NCBI GenBank assembly: GCA_964627045.1
Contig: CAZVIK010000001.1
Location: 14,902-78,901 of the forward strand
DNA from: an uncultured Solibacteraceae bacterium
Lineage (GTDB): Bacteria > Acidobacteriota > Terriglobia > Bryobacterales > Bryobacteraceae
Reading direction: 5' to 3'
DNA length: 64,000 bases
In this document: positions 8,760 to 18,195 of the stretch, piece by piece
How positions within the stretch are numbered: position 1 is the stretch's first letter
Layout of the letters: each line of letters starts with the position of its first letter
The notes under the pieces: generated by a model
Database searches by the model: none
Seen by the model: only the letters and a program-made list of their open reading frames with translations
What the model was told of the DNA's origin: nothing
Translations under genes and position numbers: made by a program

Positions 8760-11138
8760 ATGGGAAAAGAGTTGGTGATTTCCTCCAACCGCCATGAAAC
8801 CAAAGTGGCGGTTTTGGAAGACGACCAGTTGGTCGAGATCTATTTCCAGCGGTCCAACGAGTACTCGCTGGCGGGCAGCATCCACAAAGGGCGCGTGACC
8901 CGGGTGCTTCCGGGAATGCAGTCCGCGTTCGTCGATATCGGGCTGGAGCGCGACGCCTTCCTGTACGTCTCCGATTTCTTCGAAGAACACGAGGAGTACG
9001 ACCGAATCGCTGCGCCCACCGAGTTGCAGGGCCGCCGTCAGGAGAAGGCTGAGCCTGCCGGGCCTGTGCCGGCCGTTGCCGTGCAGGCGGCAGGCTCCGT
9101 CGAGACGGGCTCTGACGCGGAGAGCCGGGACCGCCGCGGACGCCGGACCAAGAGGCGTCGCAGCCGTGGCCGGGGTTTTCCGGACTCCAAGTATGCGGCG
9201 CCCGGAACCGACTTGGAGGCTCCTCCGCTGGCCCCGGAGGCCGGCGCGGCGGCGAGTGAAGCGCCGGCGTCTTCGTCCTTCCAGTTACTGCCGGGCGAGT
9301 CGTTGGCCAAGTACAATCAGGCCGGCTCGGTTGAACTTGCCGAGGAGACCGCGGATGTCGCGGATGACGCCGTGACCGGCGTGCCGCCGGAGCTTTCTGA
9401 GGGCGAACCGGCGCCGGACGGTCTCGATGCCGAGGCGGAGTCCGGTTCCGAACCGTCGCCGCAGGACGAGATCGCCGGGTTGGCCGCCGCCGAGGTTGAG
9501 GCCGACGCGGAGGCCGACCTGGCCCAGGAGATCGCCGAGGCGGTGGATGCGGCCGGCATGGCCGAAGCGGAACAGCCCTCTGCCGAGGTTGCCGTGGCGG
9601 CCTCCGTTGAGTCCGCTTCCGTCGAGCCGGACGGAACTTTGGCTGTCGAGGCGGCCACCCCGGACGACGAGGGCCCCTCGGAGGCCGTGCCGGAGGTGGC
9701 CGGCGGCGAATCGCCGGCGGCCGGTGATTCCAGTGAGCAAACCCAACCTCCCGAAGGCCTCCGCGCGGATGTCCGAGAGCCGTCCCCCCGATATCCGCAC
9801 CGCGTAAGCCGGCGCATGCGGCGCAAGATGCGCTCCGGCGCGCCGGGCGACGAACGGGAGAGCTCGCCTGAGCCGCGTGGGAATGGGCAACGCCGCGAGA
9901 CCGTGGAAGCCGCCGCGCCTCCGCTCGAGAAGGCCGCCCTTTCCATCACCGACCTGTTGAAGGAAGGCCAGGAGATCCTGGTGCAGATCGCCAAGGAGCC
10001 GCTCGGCCAAAAGGGCGCGCGCATCACGTCGCACATCGCCCTGCCGGGCCGCTTCGTGGTGTACATGCCCACCGTGAATCACCTGGGCGTGAGCCGCAAG
10101 ATCGCCTCCGACGAGGAGCGCCATCGACTGCGGCGCATTCTGCAAACTCACTGCGCGGGAGTGCCGGGCGGCTACATCGTCCGCACCGCAGGGGAAGGCC
10201 AAACCGAGAAGGACATTGCGGCCGACATGTTGTTCCTCTACAACCTCTGGCTCGATATCCGGAAGAAGGCCGAGAGCCGGCCGGCCCCGGCGCTGGTCCA
10301 CCACGATCTGGACATCGTGCAGCGGTTACTTCGCGACCAACTGGCGGAAGACTTCAAGGCCGTCTGGTGCGACAACGAGGAGACCTACGAGGCGATCCTC
10401 CGGTTCGTGGAGAGGATTCAGCCGCGCATGGTGTCGCACGTCAAGATGTACACCCGCCCGACGCCGATCTTCGATACGCACAACATCACCTCTGAGCTGG
10501 AAAAGGCGTTGCGGCCGAAGGTGTGGCTGAAATCGGGCGGCTACATCGTCGTCAATCAGACCGAGGCGCTGGTGGCCATCGACGTCAACACCGGCAAGTT
10601 CGTGGGCAGGTCCAACCGTCTCGAAGACACCATCGTCAAGACCAATACCGAGGCCATCCGGGAGATTGTCCGTCAGATCCGGTTGCGCGACCTGGGCGGC
10701 ATCATCGTCGTCGACTTCATAGACATGGACGAGCGCAAGAACCGGCAAAAGGTGATGCAAGCCCTTGAAGACGAGATGCGCCGCGACCGTGCTCCCTACA
10801 AGATTCTCCAATTCAACGATTTCGGGCTGGTGGCCATTACTCGCAAGCGCGTTAAGCAAAGCCTGGAGCGGACGCTTTGCTCGCCGTGCCCCTCCTGCGA
10901 AGGCGCGGGCTACGTCAAGAGCGTGCAGACCGTGGTCGGCGAGATCCTCCAGGAGGCCGTGAAGATCGCTCGGGCCATCGAGGGGCCCAACGTCGTTTTG
11001 CGGGTGCATCCGGAGGTGGCCAAGGTCCTCAAATCTACCAAGAACGACTACCTCGAGGAACTCGAGGAGATCCTGCGGTACCCGGTGCTGGTGACCGGGG
11101 ACCCGCTGTTGCATCCCGAAAAGTGGGACATGGCATGA
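8760..11138 (+). CDS. rng: Rne/Rng family ribonuclease (RNase E/G) with ~315-aa insertion in the S1 domain
   Basis: The N-terminus GSIHKGRVTRVLPGMQSAFVDIGLERDAFLYVSD is the RNase E/G S1 domain. The domain resumes at ITDLLKEGQEILVQIAKEPLGQKGARITSHIALPGRFVVYMP, followed by the DNase I-like/Zn-link catalytic core (CPSCEGAGY). Lies downstream of the mre/mrd cluster, as rng does in E. coli. Confidence 0.9.
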   Translation: MGKELVISSNRHETKVAVLEDDQLVEIYFQRSNEYSLAGSIHKGRVTRVLPGMQSAFVDIGLERDAFLYVSDFFEEHEEYDRIAAPTELQGRRQEKAEPAGPVPAVAVQAAGSVETGSDAESRDRRGRRTKRRRSRGRGFPDSKYAAPGTDLEAPPLAPEAGAAASEAPASSSFQLLPGESLAKYNQAGSVELAEETADVADDAVTGVPPELSEGEPAPDGLDAEAESGSEPSPQDEIAGLAAAEVEADAEADLAQEIAEAVDAAGMAEAEQPSAEVAVAASVESASVEPDGTLAVEAATPDDEGPSEAVPEVAGGESPAAGDSSEQTQPPEGLRADVREPSPRYPHRVSRRMRRKMRSGAPGDERESSPEPRGNGQRRETVEAAAPPLEKAALSITDLLKEGQEILVQIAKEPLGQKGARITSHIALPGRFVVYMPTVNHLGVSRKIASDEERHRLRRILQTHCAGVPGGYIVRTAGEGQTEKDIAADMLFLYNLWLDIRKKAESRPAPALVHHDLDIVQRLLRDQLAEDFKAVWCDNEETYEAILRFVERIQPRMVSHVKMYTRPTPIFDTHNITSELEKALRPKVWLKSGGYIVVNQTEALVAIDVNTGKFVGRSNRLEDTIVKTNTEAIREIVRQIRLRDLGGIIVVDFIDMDERKNRQKVMQALEDEMRRDRAPYKILQFNDFGLVAITRKRVKQSLERTLCSPCPSCEGAGYVKSVQTVVGEILQEAVKIARAIEGPNVVLRVHPEVAKVLKSTKNDYLEELEEILRYPVLVTGDPLLHPEKWDMA

Positions 11139-12016
11139 CGCCGGCGTGGCGGAGTGTGATCGCGGGCGCCGGTCTGGCCGCCTGTGCTTGGGGCCAGACG
11201 GCCGCCGTCCGCGTCTACTCCGCCTTTCAACGCATCGATCCGTTCGGTAACGTCGTTTCGTTGGACCGTGCGCCGCGCCCGGACGTCCGGCCCAGGGAGA
11301 TCCTGAGCCCGGCCATCGGGCGCAATGCGAGTGTGGCCTTCCACGTCGCGGTCACCGTCCCGCAGGGCGACGATTTCGCGCTGTACATCGGGCAAAACCC
11401 GGACGACTTCCTCGACGTGGCGCTGTTCAAGCAGACTTATGTCAAGCACGGCGACGAGTGGATTCCAGACGGTCTGGAGCCGGTGACGTTGCCCTACAGC
11501 GGCCGGTTGCCGGACTCCGGCGGCGGGATTCCGGGCCAAACCACGGTGACGTTCCTGATGGACGTCCGCGCTCGCCCGGGCACCGCGGTGCAGCGGGCCA
11601 AACTGGAGCCCGAACTCTACACCGGCGGGCGTTGGATCATCTACCCGATGGAAGTGCGCGTGGTCGAAGCTACAGTGCCGGAGCACGAGGCGCGCGCCGT
11701 GCCGCTGCCCGCCGTGGACGAGCCAGCGGACATGACGGCGCGGGCCGCCGTGCGGACGTACGTCTGCGGTTTGCCGGCCGCCGAGCGGCGGCGGGAAGAC
11801 AACATCCGCTGGTTCATCATGCGCGACGTGATGCAGGACATGGCGCTCGCCCGCGTCCGTGAGTCGGCGCCCGGCGCGCGCATCCTCCCGCTTCTGGCTC
11901 GCGGGACAGACCCGCTGGTATCCAGCAAGTGGTGTGAAGCCCCGGTCTGGCCCGGCGACCTTGGCCCTGAATGGTACCTGCGGGTTCGGGACGCGTTCTA
12001 CCGCGAATACCGTTAG
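11135..12016 (+). CDS. hypothetical secreted protein
   Basis: The ATG at 11135 overlaps the rng stop (ATGA). 293 aa with a signal peptide (MTPAWRSVIAGAGLAACAWGQTA) and ordinary globular composition. I recognise no family. Confidence 0.6.
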   Translation: MTPAWRSVIAGAGLAACAWGQTAAVRVYSAFQRIDPFGNVVSLDRAPRPDVRPREILSPAIGRNASVAFHVAVTVPQGDDFALYIGQNPDDFLDVALFKQTYVKHGDEWIPDGLEPVTLPYSGRLPDSGGGIPGQTTVTFLMDVRARPGTAVQRAKLEPELYTGGRWIIYPMEVRVVEATVPEHEARAVPLPAVDEPADMTARAAVRTYVCGLPAAERRREDNIRWFIMRDVMQDMALARVRESAPGARILPLLARGTDPLVSSKWCEAPVWPGDLGPEWYLRVRDAFYREYR

Positions 12017-12091
12017 CGGATTTGGGAACACGCGGTTTCCGCATGTTAAACTGGGCGAAGACGTCCGATTCCAACGCATCTTGACCGCGCC

Positions 12092-12181
12092 GGAGAGATG
12101 GCCGAGTGGTTGAAGGCGCACGCTTGGAAAGCGTGTATAGGGGAAACTCTATCGAGGGTTCGAATCCCTCTCTCTCCGCCA
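12092..12181 (+). tRNA. tRNA-Ser (anticodon GGA)
   Basis: Hand-folded cloverleaf. Acceptor GGAGAGA/TCTCTCC, anticodon stem CACGC/GCGTG with loop TTGGAAA (anticodon GGA), long variable arm (TATAG...CTATC) typical of class II Ser tRNA, T arm GAGGG-TTCGAAT-CCCTC, discriminator G and encoded CCA. Confidence 0.9.
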
Positions 12182-12340
12182 GTTGCGTGAACTCCCGTTC
12201 CGAGAATATCCAGCCCGCCGGCGCCGCCATCGGCCAGGGCCACAACTTTTCCGGCGCCGGACAGGTGAGGAACCGGCGGTCTGATCGGCATGGGCATCGC
12301 GCACACACCGTGTTGCTGCCGCCGCGTCCACTTCCGGTTG

Positions 12341-15235
12341 TTACGCGCCCAGTCTGGTCTCGAACGTATGCGTTCCCGGGCCCACCTGGAAGGTCCGGCC
12401 GGCGTCTCCATGTGCAGGCGGCGCCTGGCGCGCTCGTGTTCGGATGGAGCCCTCGCCTGGCACAATCACGGTAGCCGTCGAGCCGGGAGGAACGGTGACG
12501 TTCATTGTGAAGATCCCGCCTTCGGCCCGCCACTCGCTGGCGATGTCCCCCTGAATCGAGCGGTATTTCGCCCTGACGAACGTGAGGCCCCCCACCACGG
12601 AAGGCTTCACGACGAAATGCTTGAAGCCGGGCGTGACCCCGTCGCTGCGGATACCCGCCAGCCCTTGCGTGAACCACGCGCCAATAGAGATCAGAGTGTC
12701 GTGGATATGAGATTGCCCGGTCCAGCTTTCCCACGCCGTCGTGGCCCCGTTCGAGAGCATATAACCCCAACCCGGGTAGTCTCTTGTGCTCACCATCTCG
12801 TAGATCAGGTCGTTGCGGCCGGCCTCGATCAGGTACTTCATCAAGAAGTAGGTACCGTGCATCCCCGTGTCGAGATGCCCGTCGTTCTGAACGCGGATCA
12901 CGTGCTCCACCTTCTGCGCCACTCCTTGGCGAAGATCCGGCGGTACCACGCCGGTCAAGAGCGGAAACGCCTGCTGGATCGAATCTCCGTTGGTGTAGGT
13001 GTACTGGCCGGGATTGTAGAAGCGTTTGTGGATGGCTTTTGAGACGGATTCCGCACGAGTATCGAAGGCGGCTGCCGCGGTGGTCTCCCCCAGCACTTTG
13101 GCGATCTTGGACGCGGTCTGGAGTTGGAGGAGATAGTGCACGCTGTTGATGGCCTGCACCGGCGGGACCGTCCCTCGCAGGCTGCCCTTCGGCGTCAGCC
13201 AGTCTCCCAGAAAATTCCACGCCTGCATCGCCATCGCATGGCTCTTGTGGTCCAACAGGAGGCTGTCCGTGGTCTCGGAGTCCAGATAGTCGAGCCACCG
13301 CTTCATCATCGGGAAGTTGATTTCCAGCACGCGCCGGTCTCCGTAGTGCAGATACATCTCCCAGGGCAGCGTCACCACCATGCCGCCCCACATCGGGCCG
13401 CCGCCTCCCTGGTTCGGGTAGTGCGGCGCCGTGTGCGGCAGAGAACCGCTGGCGCCTTGGGAGTCCCTCCAGTTGCCGAGCCAGCGGTTATACAATCCGC
13501 CGGCGGCGAAGTTGAGCATGCCGGTCTCGAACGAAGTCCCGGCGTCGCCGCCGTAGCCCAGCCGCTCCCGCGTCGGGCAATCGACAACATAGCCGCCGAG
13601 TGTGAGGGCTTCATAGGTCCATGTGACCATCTGATAGATCCGGTTCAGCAGTTCGTCGGATGAGGTGAACTCGCCGGCCCGGTGGTACGCGGTGCGAATG
13701 AAGTAACCGGTCGCGTCCCCGGCCGCCGGCGCCGAGGCGATTCCCAACACGCGCACGTAGCGGAATCCGTGGTAGTTGAAGCGCGACCGGAAGGTCAGGG
13801 GCTCACCGTTGCTCACGATCTCGTCGCGTTGGTTAAAGGTAAACGGGAACACCGCCGGGCTCCCACCAGGCCCCGGCTTGGGCGCGGCCGCCCGAGCCGG
13901 AAGTGCGGTCGGATCCGGTGCCGCCGGAGCGCGGGTGGCGCGCGGCGGCTGGGCGGGCCCGCCACCACCGGCTCCGCCTGCCATGGCCCCCGGAGCGGGC
14001 TTGTCCGGCTCCATCTGGTCGGAGTATTCCAACTTGACCACCGTGCCCTTTGGCAGGGCGGGCACCCTGAACTCAAGCCAGCCGACGTAGTTTTTTCCCA
14101 TGTCGATGATCCAGCCGCCCTCCGGATACGGCTCGACGCGAACCGCCCTGAGCGTCTCCATGATCCGGTTCGGCTCCACCATCTGTGAGGCGGTCAAAAC
14201 CTGTGGTGGCTCGAATACAGCCGCTGTCTGCCACGCCGAGTCGTCCAGGTCCACCGCGTTCCATCCCGGCAGATCGCCCGTTGCATCCCAGCGTTCGCCG
14301 CCATAGTCGCCGAACGCCGTCCCGCGGCCGAGCGGTGAGAGGTGGCTTTCCCGCAACTTCCAGGTCTCGTCGGTCACGATGCCAATTGCGCCGCCGTCCG
14401 GCATGGTAATCTCCACCTGGGCGCGCACCAGCGGACCGTCATGAATGACGCCCGGGTGGCCGCGAACATACCAGCCTCGGCCCAGCCAGAGCGCCACAAC
14501 GTTTTTGCCTGGCACAAGATACTCCGCCACTTCGTGCGCGACGTAGAGGTTCCGTTTGGAGTAGTCGCTCACCGCGGGGCTAAGCACGTGATCGTCGACC
14601 TTCCGGCCGTTTATGTAAAGCTCGTAGTAGCCGAGCGGATTCACATACGCCACCGCCCGCGCCGGCTTGGACCGAAGCGTGAACGACTTTCGCAGCCACG
14701 GGAACGGCAGCGGTGTGCCCTCGGCCACGCCCTCCGGCCGCTGCTGACCGATCCACTTGGCGCGCCACTCCGAGGGGCTCAGAATCCCCATCGACCAGGT
14801 CGCCGGCTCGCTCCAGGCGGAAGGCCCCCCTCCGTCGCCCCACACGCGCACCTTCCAATAAACGCGCTGGCCGGAGATCAGCCTCTTGCCACCATATGGG
14901 ACCCACGTCGAATCGGGCGAAACCACCCGCCCCGAATCCCACAAGTCGCCCCGGTCTTTGCGCAACACATCCAGGCTGCCGGCCGCCAGGACGTGATACG
15001 CGCTCTGGACGCGGATGCCGGACGAGGGGCTGATCCTCCAACTCAGGCGGGGTGTCTCGGCGTCGATGCAGGAGGGATCTACCAGATACTCGCAGCGCAG
15101 CCCATGGACCGGGCCGCCGGCGCCCGCCGTATCCGCTCCGGCCGGCCGGGCTGCGCCGGGCGCTAGAATCAGCGCCGCCGCAGTAGTGCAAAGAACCGCG
15201 GCGATTCTCGGGATGTGTCTGCCGTTCACGTGCAC
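12341..15235 (-). CDS. alpha-L-rhamnosidase (GH78 family), secreted
   Basis: 964-aa ORF with a signal peptide. Has the N-terminal bacterial rhamnosidase domains ([17 protein letters not shown]) and the six-hairpin catalytic region ([17 protein letters not shown]). The GTG at 15235 or the GTG at 15229 (6 nt after GAGGAG) may be the start. Confidence 0.85.
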   Translation of the reverse strand: MHVNGRHIPRIAAVLCTTAAALILAPGAARPAGADTAGAGGPVHGLRCEYLVDPSCIDAETPRLSWRISPSSGIRVQSAYHVLAAGSLDVLRKDRGDLWDSGRVVSPDSTWVPYGGKRLISGQRVYWKVRVWGDGGGPSAWSEPATWSMGILSPSEWRAKWIGQQRPEGVAEGTPLPFPWLRKSFTLRSKPARAVAYVNPLGYYELYINGRKVDDHVLSPAVSDYSKRNLYVAHEVAEYLVPGKNVVALWLGRGWYVRGHPGVIHDGPLVRAQVEITMPDGGAIGIVTDETWKLRESHLSPLGRGTAFGDYGGERWDATGDLPGWNAVDLDDSAWQTAAVFEPPQVLTASQMVEPNRIMETLRAVRVEPYPEGGWIIDMGKNYVGWLEFRVPALPKGTVVKLEYSDQMEPDKPAPGAMAGGAGGGGPAQPPRATRAPAAPDPTALPARAAAPKPGPGGSPAVFPFTFNQRDEIVSNGEPLTFRSRFNYHGFRYVRVLGIASAPAAGDATGYFIRTAYHRAGEFTSSDELLNRIYQMVTWTYEALTLGGYVVDCPTRERLGYGGDAGTSFETGMLNFAAGGLYNRWLGNWRDSQGASGSLPHTAPHYPNQGGGGPMWGGMVVTLPWEMYLHYGDRRVLEINFPMMKRWLDYLDSETTDSLLLDHKSHAMAMQAWNFLGDWLTPKGSLRGTVPPVQAINSVHYLLQLQTASKIAKVLGETTAAAAFDTRAESVSKAIHKRFYNPGQYTYTNGDSIQQAFPLLTGVVPPDLRQGVAQKVEHVIRVQNDGHLDTGMHGTYFLMKYLIEAGRNDLIYEMVSTRDYPGWGYMLSNGATTAWESWTGQSHIHDTLISIGAWFTQGLAGIRSDGVTPGFKHFVVKPSVVGGLTFVRAKYRSIQGDIASEWRAEGGIFTMNVTVPPGSTATVIVPGEGSIRTRARQAPPAHGDAGRTFQVGPGTHTFETRLGA

Positions 15236-15293
15236 CTCCTCGATGAATCCCCGGCGAGGCCGGCGTTTATGCCCCCACCCCGCCCCTCACTTC

Positions 15294-16118
15294 TCACTGC
15301 AGCGCTTTCTCGCTGTAGTTGATGCGTACTCCGTGTGCGCTCACGGCCAGGTTCATCCCCATCATGCCCCGAGCGCTTGCCTCGCCTTTGATCTTGCCCG
15401 AGAGGATGTCCTGGCTCAGGGTGAGGATGTCGTCCACCCGCTGCCTGGTCTCCGCATTCTTGCCCATGTAGTGCCCCGGATAGAGCAGCTTGATCCCACG
15501 CGCCTCCATCAGTCTGCTCGTCTTCCGGCAGCTCTCAATCAACATCGAGAAGTTGCCGAACACCAGCAGATTACCGGAGCCAAAGGAATCGCCGCTGAAA
15601 CCGTATCCGGCATTGCGGTCCAGGAACGTGGCCGAGCCGGGCGTGTGCCCCGGCGTGAATACCACCTCCAGCGTCCTCCCCCCAAGGTCGATGACCTCGC
15701 CGTCCTTCAGGTGCTGGACCTTTCCTTTGTAGCCCGCTAAAAAAGAGGAGTCCGCGTCCGCAGGGCTGATGAACAACTCGGGGAAATAGTTGATGGCGGA
15801 GCCTGTGTGGTCCGGGTGGGCGTGCGTGGCGACCAGAGTGACGGGCTTTTTGGTGATGGAAGCCACGATCTTGTCCAGGTCCGCGATGCTGGTGCCAGCG
15901 TCGATCAGCACCGCTCTGTTGTTCCCCTCGACCAGGTACAGGCTTTCGTTGGACATCTTGTTCCCCGTGCCGACCCAGGTATGCTCGTCGATTTGACGAA
16001 AAACGACATCTCCATTCCTGGCCACTTCTTTGCCATCGATCTGGACCCCGGGCATCTGCGGGAATAACACGCTCTGAAGGAAGAGAAGCAATGGGAGTGG
16101 CGCAAAAAGTTGTCTCAT
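15294..16118 (-). CDS. MBL-fold metallo-hydrolase, secreted
   Basis: ATG at 16118 gives MRQLFAPLPLLLFLQSV (signal). Carries the HxHxDH motif (THAHPDHTG) plus downstream TPGHTPGS and a His/Asp ligand region. Confidence 0.8.
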   Translation of the reverse strand: MRQLFAPLPLLLFLQSVLFPQMPGVQIDGKEVARNGDVVFRQIDEHTWVGTGNKMSNESLYLVEGNNRAVLIDAGTSIADLDKIVASITKKPVTLVATHAHPDHTGSAINYFPELFISPADADSSFLAGYKGKVQHLKDGEVIDLGGRTLEVVFTPGHTPGSATFLDRNAGYGFSGDSFGSGNLLVFGNFSMLIESCRKTSRLMEARGIKLLYPGHYMGKNAETRQRVDDILTLSQDILSGKIKGEASARGMMGMNLAVSAHGVRINYSEKALQ

Positions 16119-16592
16119 GACTTGGTCCTCGAATCCGGTTCGCCGCACCCGGCAAACACTCCGGCGGCGTCGAATTTTATCTTACCTTCGGAGCGGCCCG
16201 GTTACAGCTGTGCCGCCCGAGGGTCGTGGCCTGGATCTCCGGCCGGATCGCCAGGCTTCGTGCGCACTTCTGACGTCACCAGAACGCACCGGCATCCGTT
16301 TTCAGCATCGACGTGGGCACCCTATCCAGAAGCGGCGATGCGCGCCATCAATCCGCGACGTGCAATTCAAACCGTTCCCGCACTGAAAGGCCCTTGGCCT
16401 TCCGCCCCCAAAAAAAAGGAGTGCTGCGTCACCAGTCGAGCTTCCCCGGACAGCAGTGATTTGCCGGGGCGGCACCACCGGTTCAAGAGTACCGGTACCA
16501 GTTGCGCTGGGTCATGGGCCGAGATGCGGCAAACAGGCCTCGACACCGCCGTGCCGCTCGTTCAGCCTTGACGTACGGAGGTGCCCCGCATC

Positions 16593-16751
16593 GTGTTCGG
16601 CATACGGTCCAAAGAAGAGCGCCTCAGAGAGGAAGAACTCCGCGAAGCCTATCACGAAAGGATTTTGGAGGCGCTGCAGCCGGCTGCGGAGGATTCAGAC
16701 ACAGAAAACGTGGACGGCTTGGTGACGCCTCTTCGTGAATCGGCAGGGTGA
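16593..16751 (+). CDS. possible small ORF (52 aa), hypothetical
   Basis: GTG at 16593 is preceded by GGAGGTG about 8 nt upstream. It encodes a charged, helix-like peptide (FGIRSKEERLREEELREAYHERILEAL...) and ends 41 nt before the PilZ gene. It is below the ORF-track length cutoff and I recognise no homology. Confidence 0.25.
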   Translation: MFGIRSKEERLREEELREAYHERILEALQPAAEDSDTENVDGLVTPLRESAG

Positions 16752-16791
16752 CGCCATGCGCTTCGGCGCTTGAACGCCAGAGGAGAAGGAC

Positions 16792-17220
16792 GTGAACCTC
16801 ATTCCGCAAGTTCTCGACAGGCTCGTCGACGCGTTCACCGCAGAACCCCTCCTTCAGTTGGCTGTGGCGCTGTCCTGCAGCGCGATCGTTGTCGTTGGTT
16901 CGATTCTGTTTGTGGCGAAGCGTCTTCGTCCGCACCGGCGGCAACAGAGAGAGTTTGTGGGACGCCCCGTGTTGGTGCGGTGGGTGGAGCGGGCCGGTCC
17001 GCGGCAGTCCGACGATGGCTTCTGCGAAGACCTGTCGACCGAAGGGATCGGCATGGACCTACCGTTCCGCCTGCGGGTGGGGTCCCGCGTGGATGTGCGG
17101 ATGTCGGAGGCTAACCTGTCGCGCTCCGGTATCGTCAGACGCTGCACGCGCCATGGGGAACGCTACGCGGTCGGTGTGGCGTTCGATCGCCGAGCGGATC
17201 CGGCCGTGGCGGGCGATTAG
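16792..17220 (+). CDS. PilZ domain protein with N-terminal membrane anchor
   Basis: 142 aa. Has a hydrophobic helix (LLQLAVALSCSAIVVVGSILFV), then the c-di-GMP-binding PilZ signatures RxxxR (RRQQR) and D/NxSxxG (DLSTEGIG). Confidence 0.7.
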   Translation: MNLIPQVLDRLVDAFTAEPLLQLAVALSCSAIVVVGSILFVAKRLRPHRRQQREFVGRPVLVRWVERAGPRQSDDGFCEDLSTEGIGMDLPFRLRVGSRVDVRMSEANLSRSGIVRRCTRHGERYAVGVAFDRRADPAVAGD

Positions 17221-17234
17221 GTGCGGGTGGCGAT

Positions 17235-18026
17235 TCAGCCCCCGGTGGCGGGACGATTGGCCGGCGCGGGAACACGTTCCGTGCGGTCATCGGACTGCCC
17301 CGGCGGCCGAGGATCACCGGCACTTGGGATCGATTCCAGCAGCGGCGTTATCGACGAGACGCGCTTGGCTCGTAACACGAGGTCCCACAGCGGCTCGAAC
17401 TTCTTCCAACCGGCGGCTTCCTCGACCAGGCGGGGATGGGCACGCGTTTCCAGAATGGAGCCTACCGTGGCGGCCGCCTGCCACAAACGCCCCATGCCGC
17501 GCATCCCCGCAAACAACGCGGAAGCGAAATCACGGCCGCCGAACAAGTGATCATCGAGGAAGTAGAGATGCCGGCCAGGCAGACGGTCGATTTCCGCCAG
17601 GGCGGCATCAACCTGCTGCGTGTAGTACCCACGGCCGCCGTCGAAGAGCCCGTGCTTGTAGCAGAAGTTGCAGCGATGCGGGCACCCGCGCGAGACGACA
17701 AGGGAGTTCGGGACCAGGCAGAGGTGACGCCGGATTAAGTCGCGCCGCGGGGGCGGAGCGCCGCGAAGTGCTCTGTGTCGCGATTGATAACGGCGCGCGG
17801 GCCGGCCGGCGCGGAAGTCCGCCAGGAAGCGCGGCCAGGCCTCCTCCCCGGGCCCCAGAACCAGTGCGTCGGCGTGCTGGGCCGCCTCCCCGGGACAGGA
17901 GGTGACGTGCAGGCCGCCTAGCACCCCGAACGCGCCGCGCCGGCCGTAGTGATCGGCGATCCGGAAGGCCCGGCGCGCGTTGGTGATGTGGACCTGGACT
18001 CCGATCAGGTCCGGCGAATCCTCCAA
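17235..18026 (-). pseudogene. remnant of a B12-binding radical SAM gene (N-terminally truncated, apparent internal deletion)
   Basis: Contains the end of a B12-binding domain (PDLIGVQVH...VLGGLHVTSCP) and the CxxxCxxC motif (CPHRCNFC). It then jumps after about 100 aa directly into the family's C-terminal tail motif (AAGWKKFEPLWDLVLRAK). There is no ATG; the frame is closed by TAA about 20 codons upstream of the TTG. At 263 aa it is about half the length of the intact paralog at 58135-59721. Confidence 0.55.
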
Positions 18027-18149
18027 GTCGAGGCGTTCGATGTGCTCGTCGGCGAGTGCGACGTCGTTTTGTGAAGTACTTTTTGGAGATTACGGGCACA
18101 CTCGTTGCCGCTGGAAGACGGCAAGAAGGAAGGAGTTGGAAGAACCCGA

Positions 18150-18176
18150 GGGGCCGGCTTCGAAGAGCGCGGCCCC
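18150..18176 (-). terminator. GC-rich hairpin downstream of the TIM-barrel gene (possible terminator)
   Basis: GGGGCCG...CGGCCCC forms a 7-bp GC stem with an inner CTT/AAG extension, about 20 nt after the stop at 18196. No clear U-tract follows. Confidence 0.3.
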
Positions 18177-18195
18177 TTGGGGAAAGGACTTGCGG

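Noticed and set aside
12182-12340. Looked for integrase genes, att-like repeats of the tRNA 3' end or phage remnants flanking tRNA-Ser
   Set aside because: Nothing resembling a recombinase appears in any frame. By eye I saw no second copy of the tRNA 3' segment elsewhere in the window, and I cannot run an exhaustive repeat search.
12106-12474. 122-aa ORF starting inside the tRNA-Ser gene
   Set aside because: It overlaps a well-folded tRNA and the 3' end of the rhamnosidase gene, and has no SD or family resemblance.
16385-16420. Short hairpin AAGGCC-CTT-GGCCTT followed by a C5A8 tract, considered as a terminator
   Set aside because: On the plus strand the hairpin is followed by an A-run, not a U-run. 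On the minus strand the U-run precedes the hairpin. The stem is only 6 bp. The geometry is wrong for an intrinsic terminator in either direction.
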